From contig JAGGYH010000098.1 in NCBI GenBank assembly GCA_021162615.1, positions 1 to 62,126 on the forward strand: a stretch of DNA of 62,126 nt. The letters are read 5' to 3'. A program made the translations under genes and the position numbers. Below, in pieces: positions 29,125-38,795 of this stretch. The notes beneath the pieces are model-generated. The model did no database searches. It was not told where the DNA came from and saw only the letters and a program-made list of their open reading frames with translations. Source of the DNA: Candidatus Aminicenantes bacterium (GTDB taxonomy: Bacteria > Acidobacteriota > Aminicenantia > Aminicenantales > Aminicenantaceae). Numbering within the stretch: position 1 is the stretch's first letter; every line of letters starts with the position of its first letter.

Positions 29125-32100
29125 TTAGAACCGTCTCCAGGATTCCTTTATTTCCAGTGATTTATCTTTCAGCCAGGTTTTTATATTATCCCCGTGGTAG
29201 TAGAAAACAGGGATGGCAATGAGAATAAAGAGGGTCGAACTGATCAATCCCCCTACAGTCGAAAGAGCCAGTGTCGACCAGATTTTTTCTCTCCCTACTT
29301 CGACCTGAATGAGGATCATGGGCAGCATTCCAAGGACAGTGGTGCTTGTAGTGAGAAAGATGGGCCTTATTCTTTCTCTGGTCCCTTCCAGAACCGCTTC
29401 AAGAAGAGCCATGCCTTTTTTCCTTTTAAGATTGATATGGTCGACCAGGAGAATGGAATTGTTCACCACAATCCCTCCAAGAAGGATAACACCCACATAA
29501 GCGGCCGAGTCAAATGAAAAATCAGCAATGATAAAGGCAATAAACACTCCTATAAGGGCCAGAGGGACCGCAAGAAGGATAAAAAGGGGCTGGATAAGGG
29601 ACTCATAAAGGGAAGCCAGGATCATGAATATGATGATGATGGAAAAGATGATAGCAAACGTGATCTGTCCCTTTTCCTCCTCGGTCATCCACCGGGTCCC
29701 TTCAAGCGTGGCGGAAAATCCCGGGGGAAGAGAAAGGTTTTCAAAAACACCTTTTTTATAATTATCTGCGGCTTTATAAGGGCCCCTGAATTCCCAGCTC
29801 AGGGTCTGCTGGAACTGCTGGTCTTCCCTGTCTATGCCGCCGGCAATGGGTCTTTCCTCGATCTCGGAGATCTCTCCCAGCCTGAGGTATTCGCCATCCT
29901 GGGTCCGGAACATCATATCTTGAAGTTCCTTGAGCTGAACGGAATGCGATTGGGGGAATTTGATGGATATATCCATTTCCTTCCCGCTCATTTTTGCCTT
30001 GAGAGACGCTCGGACCTGTCCCTGGATCAATGAGCCTATATAGGAATAAAGATAACGGGGATCGATATTGTATTTTTGTATTTTTTTCTTTGAGATCTTA
30101 AGGATGTATTCAAATGAATCAAGGCGCCACCATCCGTATCTTGAAGAACTTATTTTGGTGTCTTTTATTCTGGGATTTTCCTTGAGGGTTTTTTCCAGGT
30201 TCAGAGTGATGTTGTTTAATTTTTTCATATTGTAGCCGAAAAATTTTATACTCGAGTCATAAAATGTGTAGCTTCCGATGCTCGTGGAATAGGATTGGGG
30301 GTCGAATCCGTAGATCCCGATAGAGATACCGGCATAGTTCGTGGCGTGCTGGATCAGTTCTTCTTTCAGTACATAGGGACGGTAGGAATTTTCGATTTCT
30401 ACAGGAAAAGTGATTCTGATGAAGGCCCTCTCTGCTGTTACCTGGGTGTCTGCTTCTTTCTCGTAATCTTTTTCCAGTATTTTTTCTTCGAAATGTTTCA
30501 CCACTTCATCGGTCTGCTCGATATCTGTCCCTGGCGGCATACCAATGCTTACGATAAGCTCTTGTTTTGAATACCAGCTCATCCATTCCCCTATGGTGAC
30601 TTCTGACTTGAACCATTTGTAAGACCCGTAAAATATCAGAACCAGAACGAGAATGACCTCCAGGGGGTGTTTTATCAAAAAGCGGAATGTTTTTTCAAAA
30701 AGTTTTTTATGTTCGGCCGGTTTTTTCTTTTTCCCTCTTTTCAATAATTTTGGGCTGAGAGCCGGTATCAAAGAAAAGGAGACCAGAAGCGATGTGGCCA
30801 GAGCAGAGGTCATGACAATGGCAAGAGGGAGATAGTAGATCTTAAGGCGCCCCTGAAAATAGGCAAAAGCAAAGAACACGCTCATGGTCGTCAGGGTCGC
30901 TGCAAGAACCGGGAGAAAGACTTCTTTTGAGCCGGCTATAGCTGCTTCCTTCGTGGAAAGACCTTTTTCTCTTTTTCTCAATATGTTTTCAAAAACAACT
31001 ATGGAATTATCCACGAACAGACCGATGCCAAGGGCCAATCCTCCCAGGGTCAGCATATTGAGAGAGATATCGAAAAGATAGATAAGGTTGAAGGTGATCA
31101 GGACGGAAAACACAACCGATGATATAACCAGAAGCGAGGGTTTGAAGTTTCTGAGCACCAAAAAGACCAGAACAAAGATAACGGTTATGATGATCCCTAT
31201 CACGATATACAGCTCTCTCAGATTCTCATGGATCTCCTCGCTTTCATCGCTTACGGTCCTGTAGACCAGGTCAGAGGGGAGTTCTTTTTTCAGGTCATTT
31301 AATTTTTTTTTGACTTTTTTGACCAGCTTTAAGGTGCTGGTTCCTTTTTCCTTTTGAATGGTCAAGGTTATGGTCGGCTGTCCGTTGATCCGGTTGATGT
31401 AATAGATTTCCCCGAAGGTGGGGTTGATTTCTGCAACGTCTTTCAAACGGATGACGTTTTCGCCGGAACGCCTGAGGATGGTATCTCCCAGGTCATGGAT
31501 ATCCGCAATGGAATCAGACACCTTGAACAGATATTCCTGCTCTCCTTTATGGATTTTTCCTGCCGGATAGGTCCTTATTCTTTCCTGTATACTAAAATAG
31601 ACAAGATAAGGAGGGATGTTGAGAGCATCCAGTTTTTCCTTGAGAAGAATGACTCCTATTTCCGGGTCAGCTCCTCCTGTGACCGAAACTTCTGATATCC
31701 CTTTGACAGAGCCTATTTTCAGCTCGATTTTTTCCTTTACCATCTTGCGGAGCTGATTGAGAGAATAATCTCCGGAAATGGTGTACTTGAGAAACGAGTC
31801 TGTCTGGAATTCTTCAGGGACATAGGGTTCTATTCTGGGCCTGACGTTTTCCGGCAGTTCCTCTTTTATTTCGGATATTTTCTCCGTTAATGAGAGATGA
31901 GCGAATTCCATATTGATCTTGGGATCGAATTCCAGTGTGATCCGGGATTGTCCGTTGGTGGAAGAGGACGTGATTTTTCTCACACCCTTTACCGTAGAGG
32001 CTTTTTCCTCGAGGGGAGAGGTGATTTGAGTCTGTATGATTTCGGGCGGAACGCCCTGCCATGTCGTGTTGATGTTGAGCTGCGGGAATTCTTCCTTGGG

Positions 32101-32202
32101 CGCCAGTTCGATCGGAATATTGATATAGGAATTGATTCCCAGTATAAGAAGAGCCAGAAAAAGCATGGCTGTGGCAATGGGGCGTTCAATAAAGATTTTC
32201 AT
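29125..32202 (-). CDS. RND efflux permease subunit
   Basis: IERPIAT, GLFVDNSIVVFEN, GIVVNNSILLVD, RIRPIFLT. Confidence 0.92.
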   Translation of the reverse strand: MKIFIERPIATAMLFLALLILGINSYINIPIELAPKEEFPQLNINTTWQGVPPEIIQTQITSPLEEKASTVKGVRKITSSSTNGQSRITLEFDPKINMEFAHLSLTEKISEIKEELPENVRPRIEPYVPEEFQTDSFLKYTISGDYSLNQLRKMVKEKIELKIGSVKGISEVSVTGGADPEIGVILLKEKLDALNIPPYLVYFSIQERIRTYPAGKIHKGEQEYLFKVSDSIADIHDLGDTILRRSGENVIRLKDVAEINPTFGEIYYINRINGQPTITLTIQKEKGTSTLKLVKKVKKKLNDLKKELPSDLVYRTVSDESEEIHENLRELYIVIGIIITVIFVLVFLVLRNFKPSLLVISSVVFSVLITFNLIYLFDISLNMLTLGGLALGIGLFVDNSIVVFENILRKREKGLSTKEAAIAGSKEVFLPVLAATLTTMSVFFAFAYFQGRLKIYYLPLAIVMTSALATSLLVSFSLIPALSPKLLKRGKKKKPAEHKKLFEKTFRFLIKHPLEVILVLVLIFYGSYKWFKSEVTIGEWMSWYSKQELIVSIGMPPGTDIEQTDEVVKHFEEKILEKDYEKEADTQVTAERAFIRITFPVEIENSYRPYVLKEELIQHATNYAGISIGIYGFDPQSYSTSIGSYTFYDSSIKFFGYNMKKLNNITLNLEKTLKENPRIKDTKISSSRYGWWRLDSFEYILKISKKKIQKYNIDPRYLYSYIGSLIQGQVRASLKAKMSGKEMDISIKFPQSHSVQLKELQDMMFRTQDGEYLRLGEISEIEERPIAGGIDREDQQFQQTLSWEFRGPYKAADNYKKGVFENLSLPPGFSATLEGTRWMTEEEKGQITFAIIFSIIIIFMILASLYESLIQPLFILLAVPLALIGVFIAFIIADFSFDSAAYVGVILLGGIVVNNSILLVDHINLKRKKGMALLEAVLEGTRERIRPIFLTTSTTVLGMLPMILIQVEVGREKIWSTLALSTVGGLISSTLFILIAIPVFYYHGDNIKTWLKDKSLEIKESWRRF

Positions 32203-35200
32203 TTTTTCGAACCTGATTTGGCTTTTTCCGCCATTTCATAAGACAAGGGAATAAGGATCAAGGTCAAAAACGTGGCCAGCAGCAAGCCCCCTATCACTGA
32301 AATAGCAAGAGGCTGCTGGAGTTCTGATCCCCTTCCCAGTCCTAGTGACATAGGGAAGAGGCCGAAAACTGTCGTGACTGTGGTCATAAGTATGGGCCGC
32401 AGCCTCACTCTGCTGGCCTCCAGTATGGCTTCTCTGATGCCCATTCCTTTTTTTCGCAGCTGGTTGGTGTAGTCTATTTTTACTATGGCGTCATTGACCA
32501 CGATTCCCGCCAGAACCACCATTCCTATGATGGAGATGACATTAAGGGTCTGCCCGGTTATAAAAAGAGCCCATATGACTCCTGTGAGTCCCATTGGCAG
32601 AGTAAAAAGTATAAGAAAAGGGTGAAGCAGGGATTCAAACTGGGCGGCCATGATCATATAGACAAGAAGAACGGCTAAGATGAAAGCAAAGCCGAGGCTC
32701 CGAAATGACTTCTGCATTTCTTCCTGTTCTCCGCTGAAGATGATCCTATAGTTTTTCGGGAGAGAGATTTCGTCTATCTTTTCTTTAATCAGGGGCACGG
32801 CCTGACTTATTTTTATGTTTCGCACATTGGCGGTCACAAGGATTTCTCTTTCCTGGTTCTCTCTTCTTATTTCTTTAGGGCCTTTGGATAGCCGGTAGGT
32901 GACCAGTTCCCTCAGAGGGATGTTTCCCCCTGCATAAGGAATTTGTTCGTTAAGGAGTACATCAATGTCTTCCCGCACCTGATCTTGAAAACGCACTCTG
33001 ATATCGTATTTTTTCTCCAGTTCTTTAAACTGGGTGTCCACGCGTCCCCGCACAGCATTCACCAGGAAATCCCCGATTTCCTGAGGGGAAATATTGTATT
33101 TATCCAGAGCCTGTTTTTTGATCTGGACCAGAAACTCCGGCTTTCCCTCACCGATGTTCGTGGTCACATCAGCGATTTCCTCGATCCCGCTCATTTTTTG
33201 GACCACGTCTTCAGCTATATTCGTTAGAACATTCAGGTCTTCACCTTTTATTTTCAATCCGACTTCTGCTGTAGAGAAGGCAAGAAACTCTCCTATGGTT
33301 GACTGTTCTTTGACCATGGAGAACTGAAGGTCAGGGAATTGGCTGAGAAATTTTCTTAAGTCCTCAATGATACCTTCCATTTTGGAGGGGGATTGTGCCT
33401 GGATGCGGATCTGGACCGAATTTAAGGATACTTCAGGATTCAGGCTTTCCATTCCGCTGACGATCCCGATCTGAGAGAAGGAATCCTTCACATCCTTTTG
33501 CCTGTTAAGCCATTGTTCTATGACGGCGGTCAGGTCTGAGGTCTGTTCCAGAGAATAGTCTATGGGAGTGGTCAGATGAAGGTCAAATATTGAGGTCTCT
33601 GGTTTGGGCATCAATTCACTGGGTATTTGGGCGGCGAGGAGCAGGGTCAGTAAAAGAAAAACAAAAGATACGGATATGACTCTTGCTTTATGATCCAGAG
33701 CCCAGATAAGAAATCTGTGGTAAAAGGAGGAGAACCTGTCATAGATTTTATTAAAGACCTTGAATACAAACCGGGCTGCCGGCTTAAAGGGAAGACAAAT
33801 GTAGTGGAAAACAAGGACAAAGAGCTGGATGAGGAAGCTGATGATGTAATTCAGTGCTTTAAAAATGATTTTAAAAATAAAATAGAGAAGTTTTAGTAAT
33901 CCTTTAAGAGGGAGAAGCAGGATCTGCTTGAACGATTTTTTTTGTTTTGGGAAGTTTTGTCTTTCTGTTTTGGCTTTTTTAGAGGGAGGGGCTTTTACTT
34001 CGAATTTCCTTGACGCCAGCATAGGAAGCAGAGTCAGGGATACAATCAGCGAGGAGAGAAGGGCAAAGGCCACGGTCAAAGCCTGGTCCTTGAAAAGCTG
34101 TCCTGCCACTCCATGGACATAGATGACCGGAAGAAAAACCGATATGGTCGTAAACGTGGATGCTGTGACAGCCATTCCCACTTCCTTGGTTCCGATATAA
34201 GCGGCTTCTCTGAGGCTTTTTCCAAGGTTTTTATGCCTGAAGATGCTTTCCGAGACCACAATGGAGTTGTCCACAAGCATTCCCACGCCCAGAGCCAGTC
34301 CGCCCAGGGACATGATGTTCAGGGTGACGTTCATGAAAAAGAGAAGGTTGAATGTGGCGATAATAGCAATGGGGATAACAGATGCGATGATAAGCGGTGT
34401 TTTAGCGTCCTGAAGAAACACAACCAGGACGAGAAAAGCTAAAATCGCACCGTAGATAATGGAGTTAAGAACAGAGGATATGGCGTCTTCGATATATTTG
34501 GCCTGCTCTGAGACGACCCGTATGTCTATCTGTTCGTTCCTGCGCTTTATCTCCTCAATCACTTCCCTTGCTTTTTGGGTGACTTCGACCGTGTTGGCTC
34601 CGGCTTCCTTCCTGACCAGGATTCCAATGCTTTCATTCCCATTGAGCCTGGTGATGCCTTCGCGTTCTTTGATGGAGTCAATGACCTGAGCCACATCTTT
34701 TACCCGAACCAATCCTTTTTCCTTAGTGGTCTTAAGGATGACCTCTTCGATTTCATCAATTTTTTCAAACTCACCGATGATCCTCAACGCATATTTGAAT
34801 CTTCCTTTTCTTATGGAGCCGCCCTGAAGATTGCTGTTGAACTGTTCAATTTTGCTGGATATCTGTGCGATGTCAAGCCCGTAAAGAGCCATAAGATCGG
34901 GATCGATCTCTATATGGATCTCTCTTTCCACGCCTCCGGCTATTTCTGCAGAGCCGATTCCGTCGATTTGCTCCAGGCGGGGTTTGATCAGTTCTTCAGA
35001 AAATTCTTTGAGTTCCAGAAGCGATCTTTCCCCGGAGACAGAGAGGACCATAATGGGTTTGCTCTGCGGGTCAAGGGGGATGATGGTAGGCTCTTCTTCG
35101 ATGTCTTCGGGAAGCTGCACACTGTCCAGTTTTTCCCTTGTGTGAAGCATGGCAAAGTCCATATCCGTCCCCCAGGAAAATTCAAGGGTCATATACACTC

Positions 35201-35462
35201 CGCCTTCTTCGGAAACCGTTTCCACTCTTCTCAATCCCGGGATCCGCATTACTGCGGATTCAAGCCTCTGGGTGAGAAGAGTTTCCACTTCCTCGGGCGC
35301 CACTCCGGGATACCGTGCGGAAACAGATAATTTGGGGTAGCTGATGTTTGGAAGAAGGTCTACGCTGAGCTCCCTTAAAGAAACAAATCCCAGGAGAATC
35401 ACAGCTAAAAAAAACATAAATGTGGTTACAGGCCTGTTGATGGTTAATTTTGCTATTTTCAT
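32199..35462 (-). CDS. RND efflux permease subunit
   Basis: INRPVTT, GMLVDNSIVVSE, GIVVNDAI, RLRPILMT. Confidence 0.92.
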   Translation of the reverse strand: MKIAKLTINRPVTTFMFFLAVILLGFVSLRELSVDLLPNISYPKLSVSARYPGVAPEEVETLLTQRLESAVMRIPGLRRVETVSEEGGVYMTLEFSWGTDMDFAMLHTREKLDSVQLPEDIEEEPTIIPLDPQSKPIMVLSVSGERSLLELKEFSEELIKPRLEQIDGIGSAEIAGGVEREIHIEIDPDLMALYGLDIAQISSKIEQFNSNLQGGSIRKGRFKYALRIIGEFEKIDEIEEVILKTTKEKGLVRVKDVAQVIDSIKEREGITRLNGNESIGILVRKEAGANTVEVTQKAREVIEEIKRRNEQIDIRVVSEQAKYIEDAISSVLNSIIYGAILAFLVLVVFLQDAKTPLIIASVIPIAIIATFNLLFFMNVTLNIMSLGGLALGVGMLVDNSIVVSESIFRHKNLGKSLREAAYIGTKEVGMAVTASTFTTISVFLPVIYVHGVAGQLFKDQALTVAFALLSSLIVSLTLLPMLASRKFEVKAPPSKKAKTERQNFPKQKKSFKQILLLPLKGLLKLLYFIFKIIFKALNYIISFLIQLFVLVFHYICLPFKPAARFVFKVFNKIYDRFSSFYHRFLIWALDHKARVISVSFVFLLLTLLLAAQIPSELMPKPETSIFDLHLTTPIDYSLEQTSDLTAVIEQWLNRQKDVKDSFSQIGIVSGMESLNPEVSLNSVQIRIQAQSPSKMEGIIEDLRKFLSQFPDLQFSMVKEQSTIGEFLAFSTAEVGLKIKGEDLNVLTNIAEDVVQKMSGIEEIADVTTNIGEGKPEFLVQIKKQALDKYNISPQEIGDFLVNAVRGRVDTQFKELEKKYDIRVRFQDQVREDIDVLLNEQIPYAGGNIPLRELVTYRLSKGPKEIRRENQEREILVTANVRNIKISQAVPLIKEKIDEISLPKNYRIIFSGEQEEMQKSFRSLGFAFILAVLLVYMIMAAQFESLLHPFLILFTLPMGLTGVIWALFITGQTLNVISIIGMVVLAGIVVNDAIVKIDYTNQLRKKGMGIREAILEASRVRLRPILMTTVTTVFGLFPMSLGLGRGSELQQPLAISVIGGLLLATFLTLILIPLSYEMAEKAKSGSKK

Positions 35463-35568
35463 TTTTTTCTACGCCTGACTGTTTATAATAATAACGTCTC
35501 CCCTTTGTGAATCGTTACCATAATATCAAAGAAATTGTAAAAACCAAAGAATTTTTCATTTTCTTTAA

Positions 35569-35669
35569 CCTGGGTGATGAACAAGTCGAGGTTGCTGCAG
35601 ATGCAGTGAGATTGGCTTGCCTATATGGTAAAAAAATGCTCACCGCTATTTTTTTATAAATAGCCCAGG
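35569..35669 (-). repeat. Internally deleted element A (101 bp), TTAA-flanked
   Basis: TTAA|CCTGGG...CCCAGG|TTAA; interior matches 21123-21375. Confidence 0.78.
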
Positions 35670-35698
35670 TTAATAATACGTTAATAGGACGAATAAAG

Positions 35699-37138
35699 TT
35701 ACGGTTTATTCTCAACGGGCTTTATTGCATTTAAGATATCAACGATAAATTCTTCCAGATCCCAGCCCCCCTTGGTGGTCCACCCCAGCCTGACCACAAC
35801 AAGCTGTTTGGATGGGATCACAGTTACGGATTGGGAGTTGTGTCCCAGACAGAAAAAGGCATCTCTGGGAAGTTTGGGATATTCGCGGTCTTTGGGGTCT
35901 TCATGGCTTCCTCTGTTAAGCCAGAATTGAGCGCCGTACTCTCCTTTTCTTGAAGCTGGTGCCGGAGTGGTCGTGTATTCGACCCAGTCTTCGGGCAGGA
36001 TCTGTTCTCCTTCCCAGACTCCGTTATTGAGATAGAGCAGACCGAATCGAGCCCAGTCCCTGGCAGTGGCATAACAGTAAGAGGCACCGGAAAATGTACC
36101 TGAAGCATCCGGTTCCAGCACAGCGTTCCGCATGCCGATTTTGTTGAACAGAGCCTGGCGGGGAAAGGCAAGATATTCCTCGTCAGAGTCAAAAGAATGC
36201 CGGATGATGCGGGAGATGATGTTTGTGGTTCCGCTGGAATAGGACCAAACAGTCCCCGGCTCTGCTTGAAGCGGGAAGCCGGCTGCAAAAGCCCCCATAT
36301 CCTCTTTGGTGAACAGCATGGTGTTTACATCAGAGAGGGGGTCGGACTCATAGGTCTCGTCAAACTCCAGGCCGCTGCTCATTTGCAGGAGGTGGTTTAG
36401 AGTGATGTCTTTACGGGGGTCATTCGGATTCTGCCATTCCGGAACCGGTGCCGGGGCATGAATATCCAGCTTTCCCTGTTTTACCCTGAGTCCGACAAGA
36501 GTGCTTGTTATGCTTTTAGACATGGACCATCCGATCAAAGGCATGTCCTTGGTGATACCAGGCGCATACCGCTCTGCTATGAGATCTCCTTTATACACCA
36601 CGGCCACGGCTCTGGTTCTTAGCGGCTTTTTTGGATCGGGTTCTTCGAAAGCTTTATCCAGGGCTTTGCTTAAAAGGGAGAGGTCTATTTCATCCAGGTT
36701 CTCTGATTCGGTCAGGAGGTCCCCGGCAGGCCAGGGGACTTCTTCCGGATTCGCAGGCTGGGGTTCCGGAATGGAAACAGGCCAGGACCGGATGCTCTCT
36801 TCCGAAGCTCCGCTGAGAAGGATGCCTCCCAGTTTTTCAATATACACAGCCCTGGCTTTTACAAGCCCCAGAAGGGAAGTGTTCACTGCTTTTTGGTCAT
36901 AGTCGACTTCGGCTTTTATGAGCTTGAAAAGAGGATGAAAGACCAGATCCTGTTCCAGAACAGACTGAGTGTCCCGCCCTGAGACAAAAATTCCGGAACA
37001 CAGGATCTTAGCCTTGTACCCGCATCCTATAGGGCCCTGCTGCAGATAAGGATAGTAGGTGACCCCCAGATAAATGAGCAGTCCCGCCAGGATGACCAGA
37101 ATGCCGATCCAGACTCTTTTTTTGGTGAAAATTTTCAT
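35699..37138 (-). CDS. Serine hydrolase, beta-lactamase/AmpC-like family
   Basis: SMSK (SxxK), YSS, LLQMSSGL, LGHNSQ; N-terminal TM. Confidence 0.85.
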   Translation of the reverse strand: MKIFTKKRVWIGILVILAGLLIYLGVTYYPYLQQGPIGCGYKAKILCSGIFVSGRDTQSVLEQDLVFHPLFKLIKAEVDYDQKAVNTSLLGLVKARAVYIEKLGGILLSGASEESIRSWPVSIPEPQPANPEEVPWPAGDLLTESENLDEIDLSLLSKALDKAFEEPDPKKPLRTRAVAVVYKGDLIAERYAPGITKDMPLIGWSMSKSITSTLVGLRVKQGKLDIHAPAPVPEWQNPNDPRKDITLNHLLQMSSGLEFDETYESDPLSDVNTMLFTKEDMGAFAAGFPLQAEPGTVWSYSSGTTNIISRIIRHSFDSDEEYLAFPRQALFNKIGMRNAVLEPDASGTFSGASYCYATARDWARFGLLYLNNGVWEGEQILPEDWVEYTTTPAPASRKGEYGAQFWLNRGSHEDPKDREYPKLPRDAFFCLGHNSQSVTVIPSKQLVVVRLGWTTKGGWDLEEFIVDILNAIKPVENKP

Positions 37139-37213
37139 TTTTTTATCCCTCTTAGAAATAATTTTTTTTAGTTTATATTTTTTTTATTCCTTTTTCCAAT
37201 AAAAAATCATTAA

Positions 37214-37314
37214 CCCTGTTATTCATAAAATATGCCGATAACATATAATAACTAACCAGGATTGACTTCCTGCATCCGAAGGCTAAATCTTTAATGTCGC
37301 CACGTCCACACCTG
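37214..37314 (+). repeat. Mini-A plus right half of element B
   Basis: CCCTGTTATTCATAAAATATG...CCAGG followed by ATTGACTTCCTGCATCCGAAGGCT...CCACACCTG, as at 15125-15183. Confidence 0.7.
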
Positions 37315-37383
37315 ACTTTCATCCTATTTTCTTATTGACATAAAACTTGTGAGATGCGAAAATTCTAACACTTAAGTACACAT

Positions 37384-37461
37384 GGTGAGCGTAGCTCAAC
37401 TGGTTAGAGCACCGGACTGTGGATTCGGAGGTTGGGGGTTCGAAGCCCCTCGCTCACCCCA
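37384..37461 (+). tRNA. tRNA-His(GTG) with G-1 and encoded CCA
   Basis: GGTGAGCG...CGCTCACC-CCA; anticodon loop CTGTGGA; upstream TTGACA-17-GAAAAT. Confidence 0.96.
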
Positions 37462-37462
37462 T

Positions 37463-38380
37463 CTACTGCTGTTCGATGAGCTCGAGCACATTGGCTGAAT
37501 CGCGCCATCTCTTTTTCACTCTCACATGAAGGTCGAGAAACACTTTTGATTTCAGTATCTCCTCAATTTCTTTTCTGGCTTCAATGCCTATTTTCTTTAT
37601 AAGAGAGCCGTGTTTCCCCAGTATGATTTTGCGATGGGTTTCTCTTTCGACAAAGATATCTCCGTGGATATAGGTCAGTGGTCTGCCCCTCGTTTTTCTC
37701 TTTTCGATCTTGTCCAAAAGAACCGCTGTCATAAAAGGAAGCTCCTTTTCAACATATTTGAGCATCTTCTCTCTTATGATCTCAGAAAGCAGAAACCTTT
37801 GGGTCTGGGTCGAAAGCTCGCCTTTGGAAAAGACTCGTTCTGCTTCTGGAAGGAACTGATAAATGTTTTCCTCCAGTACGTCTATGTTGGTCCCTTTCAA
37901 AGCGGAAATAGGGATGATTTCTGCAAAAGGAAAAAGGTCCTTGTATCTGTCAATGAGCAGCAGGACTTTTTCCTTTTTGATGATATCGACCTTATTGATG
38001 AGAAGGAAGACCGGGGTAGAGACATTTCTTAAGCTGTCGATCACGAATTCGTCGCCGCCGCCGAATTTGAGAGTGGCGTCTATGAGAAGGCATATGAGGT
38101 CTGCTGTTTCAAGGGAAGAATACACAAAGCTCATCATCCTTTTATTGAGTCTGTGGAGGGGCTTGTGGATTCCGGGATTGTCTATGAAGATGATTTGCCC
38201 TTTCCGGGTTGTTTTTATCCCCAGAATGCTGATTCGTGTGGTCTGGGGTTTATCGGATATGATCGAGATCTTCTGGCCTAAAAGCCTGTTGAGCAGAGTG
38301 GATTTTCCCACATTAGGGCGTCCGATAAGGGATACATAACCGACTCTTGTTTTTTCTTCTCTGTTTTTATTCTTTTGCAT
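37463..38380 (-). CDS. era: GTPase Era
   Basis: GRPNVGKSTL, KPQTTR, NKVD, ISA; C-terminal KH domain. Confidence 0.95.
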   Translation of the reverse strand: MQKNKNREEKTRVGYVSLIGRPNVGKSTLLNRLLGQKISIISDKPQTTRISILGIKTTRKGQIIFIDNPGIHKPLHRLNKRMMSFVYSSLETADLICLLIDATLKFGGGDEFVIDSLRNVSTPVFLLINKVDIIKKEKVLLLIDRYKDLFPFAEIIPISALKGTNIDVLEENIYQFLPEAERVFSKGELSTQTQRFLLSEIIREKMLKYVEKELPFMTAVLLDKIEKRKTRGRPLTYIHGDIFVERETHRKIILGKHGSLIKKIGIEARKEIEEILKSKVFLDLHVRVKKRWRDSANVLELIEQQ

Positions 38381-38795
38381 TTCTTCCTTTGAGCATGAGT
38401 TTTCTTATTTTTTGTTCTTCTTCCTCCAGGCCTTTGGTGTGTTCAAAGCCCATAAGATGGAGGAATCCATGAATCGTGAGTATTTCAAGTTCTCTTTCCA
38501 GGCCGTAAGATGTGCCGGAGCTTTGATCAAAAGCACGGGGAACGGATATGATGATATCTCCGAGATAGAATCTCCCGTCAGCTTTTTTTTCATTGAGAGG
38601 AAAACTCAACACATCTGTCACTTTATCTCTTTTTAAAAATTTTTGGTTCAGCTTTTTGATTTCCCTGTTATTGACAAAAGCCAGCACGATCTCTGGGTCT
38701 TTAAGGCTGTAGTGCTCTATCAGGCGCTCCAGCAGGTTCCTAAACTTGTTCTTTTTTAGCCGGTGTCTTTTTTGTCGATTGAGGACTTCTATCAT
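38367..38795 (-). CDS. ybeY: rRNA maturation RNase YbeY
   Basis: TDVLSFP, LGDIIIS, HGFLHLMGFEH. Start set at ATG 38795. Confidence 0.92.
   Translation of the reverse strand: MIEVLNRQKRHRLKKNKFRNLLERLIEHYSLKDPEIVLAFVNNREIKKLNQKFLKRDKVTDVLSFPLNEKKADGRFYLGDIIISVPRAFDQSSGTSYGLERELEILTIHGFLHLMGFEHTKGLEEEEQKIRKLMLKGRNAKE

Noticed and set aside
34575-35330. 251-aa + strand ORF and similar short overlapping ORFs
   Set aside because: Antisense to well-supported genes; these are codon-bias shadows.
21489-37383. tRNA-anchored genomic island between tRNA-Thr and tRNA-His
   Set aside because: It looks somewhat more GC-rich by eye, but I saw no integrase and no duplicated tRNA 3' end.
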